Made by a program: the position numbers and the translations under genes | IMG/VR virus record: IMGVR_UViG_2974649431_000001 | Span: 92,282-156,281 of that record | Length of the DNA: 64,000 nt | Direction: 5' to 3' (one strand) | From: a virus | Lineage: Duplodnaviria; Heunggongvirae; Uroviricota; Caudoviricetes | The notes under the pieces: model-generated | The model's input: only the letters and a program-made list of their open reading frames with translations | The model's database searches: none | Told to the model about the DNA's origin: nothing | Shown here: one piece after another, positions 9,155-17,912 of the stretch | Layout: each line of letters begins with the position of its first letter | Numbering within the stretch: position 1 is the first letter of the stretch

Positions 9155-9194
9155 TGGAACTTTTCCAAGTTATAATCGAGTCACAGCAACACAC
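9155..9194 (+). promoter_or_regulatory. class-A promoter copy 1 (palindrome + -10 + conserved leader)
   Basis: TGGAActtTTCCA palindrome at 9155-9167, TATAAT at 9171-9176 and leader CGAGTCACAGCAACACAC. Near-identical to copies at 15552 and 34740. Confidence 0.6.
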
Positions 9195-9212
9195 TGACCC
9201 CAGGAGTACATC

Positions 9213-9872
9213 ATGACCAAGTCCAGCAACATTCAACAGCGCGGCCACTGCCAGTGCTGCGGTCGCCAGCAAGCCGTGATCGCCGGCACTGGCTTCATGG
9301 CGAAGCATGGTTACACCGTCGAAAACGGATGGTTCCATGGTGTGTGCAGCGGCCACCACTATGTGCCCGTGGAAGTAAGCAGGGTGCAGCTCGACAAGCT
9401 CTGCGAAATGGTTCTCACGGAATCTGCCAGCCTGGATCTGCGCGTCAAGGACCTGCAGGAGGGCGTCGAAGTCCCGAAGGCTGTGGTAAAGCAAGTCTAC
9501 AACCCCAAGACCAGCAAGTTCGAGGATGTGTCTACTCCCTGGGCCGACGCTACTCCCTGGGCGAAGCGTGACTTCCTGGAAACCATGATCTACAGGCTGA
9601 AGTCCCGGGCCTCCGCTGGTCGCAGCTGGGTTGCCCAGATGGAACGCATCGCCGACACCTACCACGGCCAGCCTCTCATGGATGTCGTGAAGACGGAAGG
9701 CCCGGAAAAGATCGTGGTCGGCGAGCAGCGCAAGGCGCCGAGCGGCATGGTGGTGACCGTCACTGACATCCGCGGAGCACGCGTGTACTGGCAAGGCAAG
9801 CGCCCCGGCGAAGAACGCGTCATGAAGGGCTGGACGGGAAGCACGGCTTTCCGCAAGTTCGAAAAGGTCTGA
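9213..9872 (+). CDS. hypothetical Cys/His-rich protein (219 aa)
   Basis: GHCQCCGRQQ...HGVCSGHH putative metal-binding N-terminus. Strong RBS (CAGGAG) and upstream promoter. Confidence 0.55.
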   Translation: MTKSSNIQQRGHCQCCGRQQAVIAGTGFMAKHGYTVENGWFHGVCSGHHYVPVEVSRVQLDKLCEMVLTESASLDLRVKDLQEGVEVPKAVVKQVYNPKTSKFEDVSTPWADATPWAKRDFLETMIYRLKSRASAGRSWVAQMERIADTYHGQPLMDVVKTEGPEKIVVGEQRKAPSGMVVTVTDIRGARVYWQGKRPGEERVMKGWTGSTAFRKFEKV

Positions 9873-9877
9873 AAACA

Positions 9878-9909
9878 GGGAGGCTAGGACCTCCCTTTCC
9901 TGCTACAAT
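9878..9909 (+). promoter_or_regulatory. terminator hairpin plus class-B extended -10 (TGCTACAAT)
   Basis: GGGAGG-ctagga-CCTCCC + TTTCC (9878-9900), then TGCTACAAT at 9901-9909, 24 nt upstream of ATG 9933. Confidence 0.55.
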
Positions 9910-9932
9910 CTGTCATCGAAAGAACATTCATC

Positions 9933-10253
9933 ATGGACAACCAAAAACTTCAAATGGTGTCGGACAGCTTCGCTTTCCTGGAGGGGCTGGTCAGCGAGGC
10001 CACTTACCTCCAGGTCGTGGAGAAGGCTCGCGATCTCATCGAACGAGATGGCTGGATCAGCGTAAGTCAGCGTCTCCCGCCGGCTTGCCACTACATCATC
10101 GCTTACGGCCGCTCGGGGTACACTGCCCCGCGGTGCCGCCAGGTTTACAGCACCTACACGGGCACACGCCCCCGTGACACCGTGGAAGACGAGCAGATCA
10201 CCTACTGGAAGCTCTACCCCAACCGCCCACCGATGGGAGACGCCGATGAATAA
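9933..10253 (+). CDS. DUF551-like phage protein
   Basis: DGWISVSQRLPPACHYIIAYG resembles the W-x-x-x-x-x-LP core of DUF551. Paralog-like to 17180..17575 and 33444..33740. Confidence 0.45.
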   Translation: MDNQKLQMVSDSFAFLEGLVSEATYLQVVEKARDLIERDGWISVSQRLPPACHYIIAYGRSGYTAPRCRQVYSTYTGTRPRDTVEDEQITYWKLYPNRPPMGDADE

Positions 10254-10677
10254 CACCCTCCCCAGGTACACCGAATGGTGTGCACTCCGAAAGAACGGAA
10301 AGTGGACCGACGGCATCCCCGATTGGGCCAGGAACCACATGGGCCACATGGACGATGTCACCGCGATGCGCTCCGTCATTGAAGAGCTCGCTGACTTCCG
10401 CCGGCTGCCTGCCGTCGAGACCTGCGCGTTCTGTGGCGAAGGTGAGGCCCGCTTGCTCGTCATCCGGCATTGCTCATCGTGCGAAGCTGACTACTCGGGC
10501 TCTCCGGAAGGCAGGATGCAAGCCCAAATCTCCTGTGCTGATCAGGTGTGTGAACGCTGCAGCGGCTCTGGTGAAGACCCCGAGGGCTACTACGATCAGA
10601 GCAAGGGCAATGCGGGCGGCACCCACGATGGACCCTGCCGCAACTGCAGCGGCTCCGGCGAAATCAAACCCACCTGA
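10246..10677 (+). CDS. DnaJ-type zinc-finger (CxxCxGxG repeat) protein
   Basis: Four CxxC units: CAFCGEG, CSSCEAD, CERCSGSG and CRNCSGSG. Start 10246 overlaps the upstream stop. Confidence 0.55.
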   Translation: MNNTLPRYTEWCALRKNGKWTDGIPDWARNHMGHMDDVTAMRSVIEELADFRRLPAVETCAFCGEGEARLLVIRHCSSCEADYSGSPEGRMQAQISCADQVCERCSGSGEDPEGYYDQSKGNAGGTHDGPCRNCSGSGEIKPT

Positions 10678-10686
10678 AGGTCAATC

Positions 10687-11700
10687 ATGACACCAGAATT
10701 TTTCACTGCCAAACAAGCCTCGGCAGAAATCGACAAAGTCCTCGCGGAGTACGGGATGCCCCAAGCCCCTCTGCTCGCCGCTGGTGCTGGATTCGAGGCT
10801 GCTCGGCGTCTGTTCCAGAGCGCATACGCCGACCTCCAGGAGACCATCAAAACCCTGGAAGAGGACGTCAGGCACCGGCAGGCGGCGATTGCCTTGCTCG
10901 AATCCCATATCGGCGATGACGTCTGGCGCTGGCAAGGCGACGGCAGCGACAACCTGAAGTCCATGGGCAACCAGATGGCTGTGCTCATCTCGGCTTCCGA
11001 CCTACGGAAGATTTCCTGCACGGACATCATGCTGGACGTCGTCCCCGGTCTGGACGGCATGGGCTATGAAGTCTATGCTAAGTCCGCGGATCAAGTCGCC
11101 GACAAGCTCTCGGAAACCTTCCAGGAGCTGGAGGACTGGCAACTCGGCATCAAGAGCATCCCGATTCGCGACCGTCTCTTCAAACTTCTCGAAGGCGTGA
11201 GCGTGTCCACGGATGTCAGCACTTCCGAAGCGACGGCGCACCATCGGTACTTCGGCAACGTGACTGTCGTGCAGGAAGACCCCTTCGATAAGCTGGGCCT
11301 TACGCTGCTCGTACAGGACGCCGAACCCAACTTCAAGCCTCAGCCGGGACTCACTGTGCGCGTGGTCAGTCGGCCGGAGTCCAACGGGAAGCGGAACTGG
11401 TACGCTGACATCGTTCGCTCCGAGCCCTGGAAGGGACTCGCAGGCACTGCCGGAGGTGTCTCGATCGCCCACGGCGAGCTCTGGAACCGCGTGGCGTATG
11501 CAGCGGAGCGGGCACGCTTCTTGCTCGGCGAACGCGACACCGAGCCCTACATCCTGGACTACAGCGAAGACATCCAGACGCCTGAAGGATGGAAAGGCGA
11601 ACGTGGTCGTGGCGCAAGTTTCAACCCCGCTGAGGGCAGTCCGCTCACCGCAATTCAGATGGCCGCCGTCATCGCCGCCCGTGATTCTGAGGGCAAGTAG
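10687..11700 (+). CDS. hypothetical protein (337 aa)
   Basis: Long ORF, no motif recognised. Confidence 0.5.
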   Translation: MTPEFFTAKQASAEIDKVLAEYGMPQAPLLAAGAGFEAARRLFQSAYADLQETIKTLEEDVRHRQAAIALLESHIGDDVWRWQGDGSDNLKSMGNQMAVLISASDLRKISCTDIMLDVVPGLDGMGYEVYAKSADQVADKLSETFQELEDWQLGIKSIPIRDRLFKLLEGVSVSTDVSTSEATAHHRYFGNVTVVQEDPFDKLGLTLLVQDAEPNFKPQPGLTVRVVSRPESNGKRNWYADIVRSEPWKGLAGTAGGVSIAHGELWNRVAYAAERARFLLGERDTEPYILDYSEDIQTPEGWKGERGRGASFNPAEGSPLTAIQMAAVIAARDSEGK

Positions 11701-11734
11701 CCTACAATACGCACACCGAAACAAGGAAGCCGAC

Positions 11735-12559
11735 ATGATAGAACCCACACTGCCGAAGCCTGCTTGGGATGCCAAGAGCATCGGCACCACGGAGGACGCC
11801 TACTCCGCACAGCAGATGAAGGAAGCGCTCCACCAACGGAACGCACTCGCCGACATCCTCGGCCAATGCATTGCAGCATCGGGCATCATCCGGCCCGTCG
11901 GACTGAGCGGCCCCCAGCTGCTGATGTTCGGCAATGACCTCCTGGAGCACCTGATCCGCCAGAACCCGCCGGTGGACAAGAAAGCAGTGATGACCACGGC
12001 CAGCGCCATTGTCGATGCACTGGTCGCCGACGCAAACGACGGGGGCTATGACCTGGAAGCCGGCTTGTTCGGCCCGGCATTCAGCAAACTGGTTCGCAGC
12101 TGGGCGCTGTGCTGCGATCTGGTCGCCCGCGCCGACGAAGCGATCACGAAGGAAGTCCCTTTCCCCACCGAGCTGCTTCGTGCGATCAACGCACTCCGGC
12201 TGGAATGCCCGTCGGAGGTCGTGAACGCCCTCGAGCATGAGTTCCGCCAGTGGTTCGACGCTGTGAACACTTCCACTGCTACGCTGAAGCGCATGCATGC
12301 AGCAGCGCGCGACCAGCTGGACAAGATCGCCGAAAACGACCCCGACCCGCTCGCGCCTCCCGGCAAGGAGTTCCACGCCGTGCTCACGGGCTGCGGCGAA
12401 GGTGTGCTCTTCGAGCATGAACCTGATGCGAAGTTCACGGAGACCGGCGACGAACGCATGACCGCCCCGGGTGTGCCTGCGATCGGAGAACACTTCCGCG
12501 AGCTCTACGCCGGCGACCCCAAGATGAAGCGCGTGAAGGTACGCGTTCTCAACGACTGA
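11735..12559 (+). CDS. hypothetical protein (274 aa)
   Basis: Start at ATG 11735 after RBS AAGGAAG. A CCTACAAT -10-like box lies at 11701. Confidence 0.5.
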   Translation: MIEPTLPKPAWDAKSIGTTEDAYSAQQMKEALHQRNALADILGQCIAASGIIRPVGLSGPQLLMFGNDLLEHLIRQNPPVDKKAVMTTASAIVDALVADANDGGYDLEAGLFGPAFSKLVRSWALCCDLVARADEAITKEVPFPTELLRAINALRLECPSEVVNALEHEFRQWFDAVNTSTATLKRMHAAARDQLDKIAENDPDPLAPPGKEFHAVLTGCGEGVLFEHEPDAKFTETGDERMTAPGVPAIGEHFRELYAGDPKMKRVKVRVLND

Positions 12560-12568
12560 AGAGGCCAC

Positions 12569-13096
12569 ATGAAGACAACCGCAGAATGGCTGGCAGGCAT
12601 CGAGAATGACCGCGCCCTGCTGGAGGACTGGCTGAAGAAACAGTACCGTGGTGAGGTGCGCGCTTCCATCAAGGTGGCGGAGCTTGCCGAGACCATCGAG
12701 GATCCGTCTCTTCGGACTGCAGTGGATCGCGTCGCCGACGACGAGGGGCGACACGCAGCATGGATTCGCGCCATCCTGAAGGTCGAGGGCGTCGAAGTCA
12801 ATCCGGACCAGGAGAACGCTGACGATCGCTACTGGCGCCACGTGATGGACGGAGAGCTGTCGCAGGACGAGCTTCTCGCCGCCGGCGCGCATGCCGAGCA
12901 GATGCGACTGGTTCGCATCGAGGCCATCATGAACTCCGGCGTGCTGGGGCAACACATCATCGCCGTCTTCCGGAGGATCTACGAAGACGAAGTGCACCAC
13001 GCGCGGATTTTCTCGCAGGCTTGCACACCCGAAGCCTACGCCAAGATGAGCGAAAAGCACCAAGCGGGCCTGGCTGCGCTTGGTCTTGAAATTTAA
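12569..13096 (+). CDS. ferritin-like di-iron domain protein
   Basis: Two E-x-x-H motifs (DDEGRHAAWI and EDEVHHARIF) spaced ~95 aa apart, typical of the ferritin-like superfamily. Inference. Confidence 0.45.
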   Translation: MKTTAEWLAGIENDRALLEDWLKKQYRGEVRASIKVAELAETIEDPSLRTAVDRVADDEGRHAAWIRAILKVEGVEVNPDQENADDRYWRHVMDGELSQDELLAAGAHAEQMRLVRIEAIMNSGVLGQHIIAVFRRIYEDEVHHARIFSQACTPEAYAKMSEKHQAGLAALGLEI

Positions 13097-13110
13097 CCAA
13101 GGAAGAACAC

Positions 13111-13392
13111 ATGACAAAAGGCATCAAACTGGTCGACGTCGCCATCACGATCAGAACGGTCATCGCAGTAGAAGTCGATGACATGAGCACCGAGTTCCGC
13201 ATGGAACAGATCCCCGCGCATGCACTGCGCGAAGCCAAGGACGACACATCGATCCTTCAATGCGAGGTGGATCTCTACAAGGAGATCAAGAAGGTAAGCG
13301 ATCTCGAAGAGCCCTGGGATGGCATCTGCCTCCCCTACGGCCGTCATGGGGCACGCACCATCGAGGAGATCCTGCAGGAATTCCCTCGGTGA
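13111..13392 (+). CDS. hypothetical protein (93 aa)
   Basis: ORF with RBS AAGGAAG. Confidence 0.45.
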   Translation: MTKGIKLVDVAITIRTVIAVEVDDMSTEFRMEQIPAHALREAKDDTSILQCEVDLYKEIKKVSDLEEPWDGICLPYGRHGARTIEEILQEFPR

Positions 13393-13868
13393 AGAAGCCC
13401 TACGAGTTCGAGCCGGGCAAAGTCTATGTGGTGTACGCCGACGGCTCCTGCAAGAACAACGGCAAGCCCGACGCCAAAGGTGGATGGGCTTACGTCATCT
13501 TGGACGCTGAGCAGCGCTACACCCTGGAGGAGAACTTCGCGGGCGCCTTCGGCGTGACCAACAACCAGATGGAGCTCATGGCAGCAATCGAGGCCTTCGA
13601 GCGCCTCCCCAAGGGCTGCTACGTGGATGTCTTTTTGGACAGCGAGTACGTCCTGAAGGGCTGTCGGGATTGGCTCCCCGGTTGGGTCGCGCGCGGATGG
13701 AAGACTTCGAGCGGCGGTCCCGTGAAGAACGAAGGTCTCTGGCACCGCATGATGGCCGCACTGGAAGGCAAGAAATTTGCCTGGACGTGGGTCAAAGGGC
13801 ACGCTGCAAGCAAATACAATAACCGAGTCGACGAGCTGGCGCAAGCGGCGGCCGCTCGGGTGGCATAG
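13389..13868 (+). CDS. rnhA: ribonuclease HI
   Basis: VYADGSC, TNNQMELMAAIEA, GWKTSSGGPVKNEGLW and WVKGHA...NNRVDELAQAAA align with E. coli RNase HI. GTG start overlaps the upstream TGA. Confidence 0.85.
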   Translation: MKKPYEFEPGKVYVVYADGSCKNNGKPDAKGGWAYVILDAEQRYTLEENFAGAFGVTNNQMELMAAIEAFERLPKGCYVDVFLDSEYVLKGCRDWLPGWVARGWKTSSGGPVKNEGLWHRMMAALEGKKFAWTWVKGHAASKYNNRVDELAQAAAARVA

Positions 13869-13882
13869 AAAGGAAAGAAAGT

Positions 13883-14131
13883 ATGCACCCCATGTTGGTG
13901 GTCTGGATCGTGTTCTCTGTGCTTCACATTCTGTTGGCATGGTTCTGCGTGAAGCTCGGTTACTCCGGCCCCAGGACGATCGGCGAATACGCGATCGTCG
14001 GAGGAATGATGTTCGTGCCTGTCGTGCAGGTGTTCAGCCTCATCGTAATCGCAGGCGGTCTCATCATCGACTCGAAAATCTGGGAGCTCACTCCCCGTGA
14101 GCTCTGGGCAAAACTGAAGGGCAAGCAATGA
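13883..14131 (+). CDS. small membrane protein
   Basis: Two hydrophobic segments; RBS GAAAGGAAAG. Confidence 0.45.
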   Translation: MHPMLVVWIVFSVLHILLAWFCVKLGYSGPRTIGEYAIVGGMMFVPVVQVFSLIVIAGGLIIDSKIWELTPRELWAKLKGKQ

Positions 14132-14439
14132 CGATTTTCTGGGTTCAATACCTGCTATCGGTAGTGGCCGTCGCAGTCTTGGCGTGTGGCATCTACAAGT
14201 ACCCGCAGACCTACGATGACCGGAAGGAAAGCTGGAGACCGAACGCCGTTCGATCGGTGCGAAACCTGAATGAGATGAACTTCGCGGCGATCATCCTCAT
14301 CTTTCTCGGATGCTTCGTGCCGGTGCTGAACACCCTCGCGGCGATCATCCTCCTGTTGGTGTCGGCGTTCGTGGGCTGCGGCCCCACGTGGAGTGAAGTG
14401 AAACAGATGTTCAAGAAGACAAAGGAGGTCAAGGAATGA
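14128..14439 (+). CDS. small membrane protein
   Basis: Hydrophobic segments LLSVVAVAVLACGIY and AAIILIFLGCFVPVLNTLAAIILLLVSAF. Confidence 0.45.
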   Translation: MTIFWVQYLLSVVAVAVLACGIYKYPQTYDDRKESWRPNAVRSVRNLNEMNFAAIILIFLGCFVPVLNTLAAIILLLVSAFVGCGPTWSEVKQMFKKTKEVKE

Positions 14440-14615
14440 CCAATGCAGAAGAAGCCGACGCGGCCGCCTTGCGCCACCTGAGCGACGCTATCGACGCGGC
14501 TGTCAAAAAATTCGGAGCCAAGGAACTCGCGGAGTCCCTGGCGTACAGCAACCAAGGTCATGGCATCAACTGCGATTGCGGTTCCTGCACTGGCGATGAC
14601 ATGATGGGGGATTGA
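14436..14615 (+). CDS. hypothetical small protein (59 aa)
   Basis: ORF below the 60-aa track cutoff that fills the gap between 14439 and 14615. ATGA overlap with the upstream stop; C-terminal CDCGSC. Confidence 0.3.
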   Translation: MTNAEEADAAALRHLSDAIDAAVKKFGAKELAESLAYSNQGHGINCDCGSCTGDDMMGD

Positions 14616-15067
14616 TGGAAGCAGCAATGAAAACGAAGAAGGTACGCGAGACGCGCGCGGAAGCCAATGCGCGGGCGATCCGCGAACAAAAAGAGCGAGA
14701 GGCTGCGTGGGTGGCACGGCGTCCGCTCGCCCTCGCCGACCTCATCCAGAAGGTGAAGGCTGCCGGGATGTTTGTCGAGGACTTGACAGTCCAGGTCGTG
14801 GAAGGCGTGATCATCCCGAGCTTCATCGTCCCGCATCAACTGGTCGGCTACGACAACGTCTTCGGTTGGGACACCGAAGAATGGGAGTTCGAGGAAGCCA
14901 TGCTGAGTGTCGACCACTACATCGCCCAGCAGAAGGCAGAGGCCGAGAGACGCGAGTTTGCGGCCGCGACCTGGAAAGGCCTCTCGCCGGAACAACGGGG
15001 TGCGCTCATCGAGTTCCCACCGTTCGAGATCAGCGAAGCCATCAGCTGGTCCTCGTCGGGCTGCTAA
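14615..15067 (+). CDS. hypothetical protein (150 aa)
   Basis: ORF 14612..15067 with ATG at 14615. Confidence 0.45.
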   Translation: MEAAMKTKKVRETRAEANARAIREQKEREAAWVARRPLALADLIQKVKAAGMFVEDLTVQVVEGVIIPSFIVPHQLVGYDNVFGWDTEEWEFEEAMLSVDHYIAQQKAEAERREFAAATWKGLSPEQRGALIEFPPFEISEAISWSSSGC

Positions 15068-15106
15068 GCCCAAAGCGTGTTAGTATCAATCTTTTAGGAG
15101 TCAAAC

Positions 15107-15298
15107 ATGTCCATCATCGGCCTTCTGGGCGTTCTCTTCGTAGCACTGAAACTGATCGGCGTCATCACCTGGTCCTGGTGGCTGGTGCTGCTTCCCTTTT
15201 ACCTGGGGTTCGCGATCTTCATCGGCTTCCTCGTGCTGACCATGGGCTTCGCGGCGACCTTCCTGGTCATCGGCTCCTTCTTCAAGGGCTGGCGGTGA
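15107..15298 (+). CDS. small hydrophobic membrane protein (63 aa)
   Basis: Almost entirely hydrophobic; RBS TAGGAG. Confidence 0.45.
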   Translation: MSIIGLLGVLFVALKLIGVITWSWWLVLLPFYLGFAIFIGFLVLTMGFAATFLVIGSFFKGWR

Positions 15299-15542
15299 GC
15301 GCAAGGCGCATCAAGAAGCGTACCCATCAGATGCTGGGGAGGGGCTTCTGTCATTCCAGCGAGCGCGGGCCAGCTGAGAAGCAAATCACGCACTGTGCTG
15401 ATTGGTATCGAGGCGGACGGATTCGCTTGCTGACGTGCCATCGTCGATTCACTATCCACTACGGAGTTTGGAGACCGACCCTGTGGGTCCCGAAGAAGGG
15501 CGTAGTGCACAATCTGACGAACGGTTTCCGGCACATCAGGGC

Positions 15543-15590
15543 TTGACCCCGAGGAAAACTTCCAGTTATAATCGAGGCACAGCAACACAC
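15543..15590 (+). promoter_or_regulatory. class-A promoter copy 2
   Basis: -35 TTGACC (15543), GGAAaacTTCCA, TATAAT (15567-15572) and leader CGAGGCACAGCAACACAC. Confidence 0.6.
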
Positions 15591-15601
15591 TGGAGTTTGA
15601 A

Positions 15602-15985
15602 ATGAAAGCCGATATCAAAGACCACCTGGAACGCACCATCGCTGCTTCGAAGAAGCGGCTGAATGAGTTCTCCCTGGCCTTCGCGAAGGAACCCCTGTAT
15701 ACCATGCGGTGGGCAGACCAGACCTTCGAGCACGCAGCGAAGATGGAAGTCTATGGGAAGGCTCTCGTGTCGCTGGAGGCACCTGGCCTCCAGATGGAAG
15801 TGGACGGCGAGAAGGTTTTCAACCTCCGCCGGTGCATCGAAATCCTCCAGGACCTGATCCTACACGAGACTCGCCATCCCGCTCGCAGCACCTCGGCGAT
15901 GGCGAACATCGCAGACCAGCTGGTCAACGCTGCGCGCTGCGAACTCCTGGAAGACCTGAAGACCTTCGAAAAAGAAGGGGCTTGA
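15602..15985 (+). CDS. hypothetical protein (127 aa)
   Basis: ORF following class-A promoter copy 2. Confidence 0.5.
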   Translation: MKADIKDHLERTIAASKKRLNEFSLAFAKEPLYTMRWADQTFEHAAKMEVYGKALVSLEAPGLQMEVDGEKVFNLRRCIEILQDLILHETRHPARSTSAMANIADQLVNAARCELLEDLKTFEKEGA

Positions 15986-16016
15986 TTCAGTTTCGGCCTG
16001 CAGTTATAATGACTGC

Positions 16017-16241
16017 ATGCTGACACTGAACCAGATCAACAAGGAACTAGCCCGCCGAGGGTATGAGGAGCGCATTGCCAAAGGCAAGGGCTACTTCTAC
16101 TTTTTCGGCGGTACCTGCCCTACGTGGATCAAGACTTGCGTATGGGTTGACACCTTGAACACCTACTCCATGACGGAGTGGCTGACGCAATACTTCATGT
16201 TGAAGCAAACGTGGGACAGCTTCCCACAAGCAGATTTTTGA
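16017..16241 (+). CDS. hypothetical protein (74 aa)
   Basis: ORF after a TTATAAT box flanked by GCAGT/ACTGC inverted repeat. Weak RBS. Confidence 0.35.
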   Translation: MLTLNQINKELARRGYEERIAKGKGYFYFFGGTCPTWIKTCVWVDTLNTYSMTEWLTQYFMLKQTWDSFPQADF

Positions 16242-16248
16242 GGACATC

Positions 16249-16560
16249 ATGGAAGAGAAACCCTCCCAGAAGCAAGTCACCAAAGCGGTGCGTAACATCG
16301 TCTCCAACGAAATGGGCGTGACCCGCACGGACGTCCAGACGGAACTGAAAGAGATGCTGCGTGAACGCATCGACACGGCTTTCCGCAGCATGGACCTGGA
16401 TGCGGTGGTGCGCGAAGCCACTGTCTCTGTGCTGAACAACCTGATCCGAAAAAACAGCTGGGACCGCAGCGCGCTTCAAAGCGCCGTGATCGAACAGGTG
16501 AAGGCCACTGTGTCGCAGAACCTGAAGCTCTCAGTGGAGTGCAAGGTGGGCCCACAATGA
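16249..16560 (+). CDS. hypothetical protein (103 aa)
   Basis: ORF. Confidence 0.45.
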   Translation: MEEKPSQKQVTKAVRNIVSNEMGVTRTDVQTELKEMLRERIDTAFRSMDLDAVVREATVSVLNNLIRKNSWDRSALQSAVIEQVKATVSQNLKLSVECKVGPQ

Positions 16561-17177
16561 CCTACGAAACCGCCGCCAGTGCGTATGACGAGGACGCCGA
16601 CACGCTCCTGCGACTGCTCGACTCGATTGAGCAGATCGTCTCCGGTGAAACCGTGACCAGCAGCGACCGCCTTTATGACCGCAGCATCCGGCCTCGAAAG
16701 ATGACGATTCGAGACGCGCAAGCGAAGCTAGAGCCTATGGTCAGTACCCTGCGGTCGATCGTGGTTCGCATGCGTGCCGCAACTCCGCGCCCCCAGGCGG
16801 ATGCAGTGGCACCGTTCCAGGAGCGTGTGCAGCTGTGGATGATGGCGTGCTTCGGCGCTGAGATTTCTGCCGATCTCGGGGAGCGCAATCTCCGCTTCTT
16901 GGAAGAAGCGCTGGAGTTGGTCCAGTCCTGCGGCTGCAGTGTCGATGAAGCGCACCAGATGGTGGACTATGTGTTCAATCGACCGATCGGCGAACCCTCG
17001 CAAGAAGTCGGCGGGGTGATGGTCACGCTCGCTGCTTTGTGCCTCGCCAACAGCCTGGACATGCACACGGCGAGCGAAACGGAGCTGTCTCGCATCTGGA
17101 CGAAAGTGGAGGTCATCCGTGCCAAGCAGGCATCCAAACCTGTCCCGGTCCGCTCGAGAACGGCCGGGAGGATCTGA
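16557..17177 (+). CDS. MazG-like nucleotide pyrophosphohydrolase
   Basis: FLEEALELVQS (EExxE) and EVGGVMVTLAAL motifs of all-alpha NTP pyrophosphatases. Could play a dCTPase/dUTPase-like role. Inference. Confidence 0.45.
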   Translation: MTYETAASAYDEDADTLLRLLDSIEQIVSGETVTSSDRLYDRSIRPRKMTIRDAQAKLEPMVSTLRSIVVRMRAATPRPQADAVAPFQERVQLWMMACFGAEISADLGERNLRFLEEALELVQSCGCSVDEAHQMVDYVFNRPIGEPSQEVGGVMVTLAALCLANSLDMHTASETELSRIWTKVEVIRAKQASKPVPVRSRTAGRI

Positions 17178-17179
17178 CC

Positions 17180-17575
17180 ATGGCTGCTGACTCTCATTCG
17201 TTGCCAAAGCCCGGGTCATCGGATGCTTCCGATGCGATCGACTCCGTCCTCGGCGAGTACAACTGGCCTGCGAATCCTAAAAATGCTGCACGCGCTGGTT
17301 TTGAAGCGGCGCGCCGGATGTTGTCATCGCAAGAAGCGTCCATCAACTCTCACAAGTTCGACAGCACCCGTTCTGCCGTGGTGAACCCCAAGTCCCACTG
17401 GCTACCCATCGACAAGAACACGCCCCGCGGCTGCAAGGTCTACGTGATCCGGCGCCCCGCGGGTGTCGCTACCACTGGTGTCGTGGCGTCCGACGAAACG
17501 TTCTGGACGCACTGGCACCCTATTCCCACATTCAACCCGGAAGAAGAGTATGCAAGCCAACCCCCGAGAAGCTGA
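17180..17575 (+). CDS. DUF551-like phage protein
   Basis: WLPIDKNTPRGCKVYVIRRPAG core; RBS GGGAGGA. Confidence 0.4.
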   Translation: MAADSHSLPKPGSSDASDAIDSVLGEYNWPANPKNAARAGFEAARRMLSSQEASINSHKFDSTRSAVVNPKSHWLPIDKNTPRGCKVYVIRRPAGVATTGVVASDETFWTHWHPIPTFNPEEEYASQPPRS

Positions 17576-17888
17576 GCACGTCGCTTTCGACAAGTGGATC
17601 GCCGACATCGCAGGCGAGGGCGCGCTGGAACGCTTCTGCGGCCTGAATGAGCAGTACGAGAATCCGCGTGTCCAAGACTACCGGCTCGGCTGGCGGGAAG
17701 CGCTGAACTACGTCCGCGAGGAGCGCAAGGAACTGGAGGCAGTCGTCGCAGAACTGCGTCATTTGCACGCGAACTTGGTGCGCAGTGCTACCAAGGACTA
17801 CGGGGGTCTGGGTGCGCAGGGAAAGCGCCTTGCCGAAGGCCTTTTGTCCCCGCAGATTGAGCGACTGGAACGCTTCTTGGCGTTATAA
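17550..17888 (+). CDS. hypothetical protein (112 aa)
   Basis: ORF 17463..17888 with internal ATG 17550; it overlaps the upstream gene. Confidence 0.35.
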   Translation: MQANPREAEHVAFDKWIADIAGEGALERFCGLNEQYENPRVQDYRLGWREALNYVREERKELEAVVAELRHLHANLVRSATKDYGGLGAQGKRLAEGLLSPQIERLERFLAL

Positions 17889-17912
17889 TCAGACATCAAC
17901 GAGGAGTTCGTA

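Noticed and set aside
9155-9167. TGGAAC-N-TTCCA palindrome as a sigma-54 (-24/-12) promoter.
   Set aside because: The spacing and the -12 GC dinucleotide do not fit TGGCAC-N5-TTGC. The element sits directly against a TATAAT -10, so a sigma-70-type promoter with an operator is the better reading.
15296-15546. GTG-initiated Cys/His-rich ORF (83 aa) as a possible HNH homing endonuclease.
   Set aside because: It has no RBS and is the tail of a long junk ORF (14707..15546). The Cys/His spacing does not match the HNH motif, and the region more likely serves as promoter/UTR for 15602.
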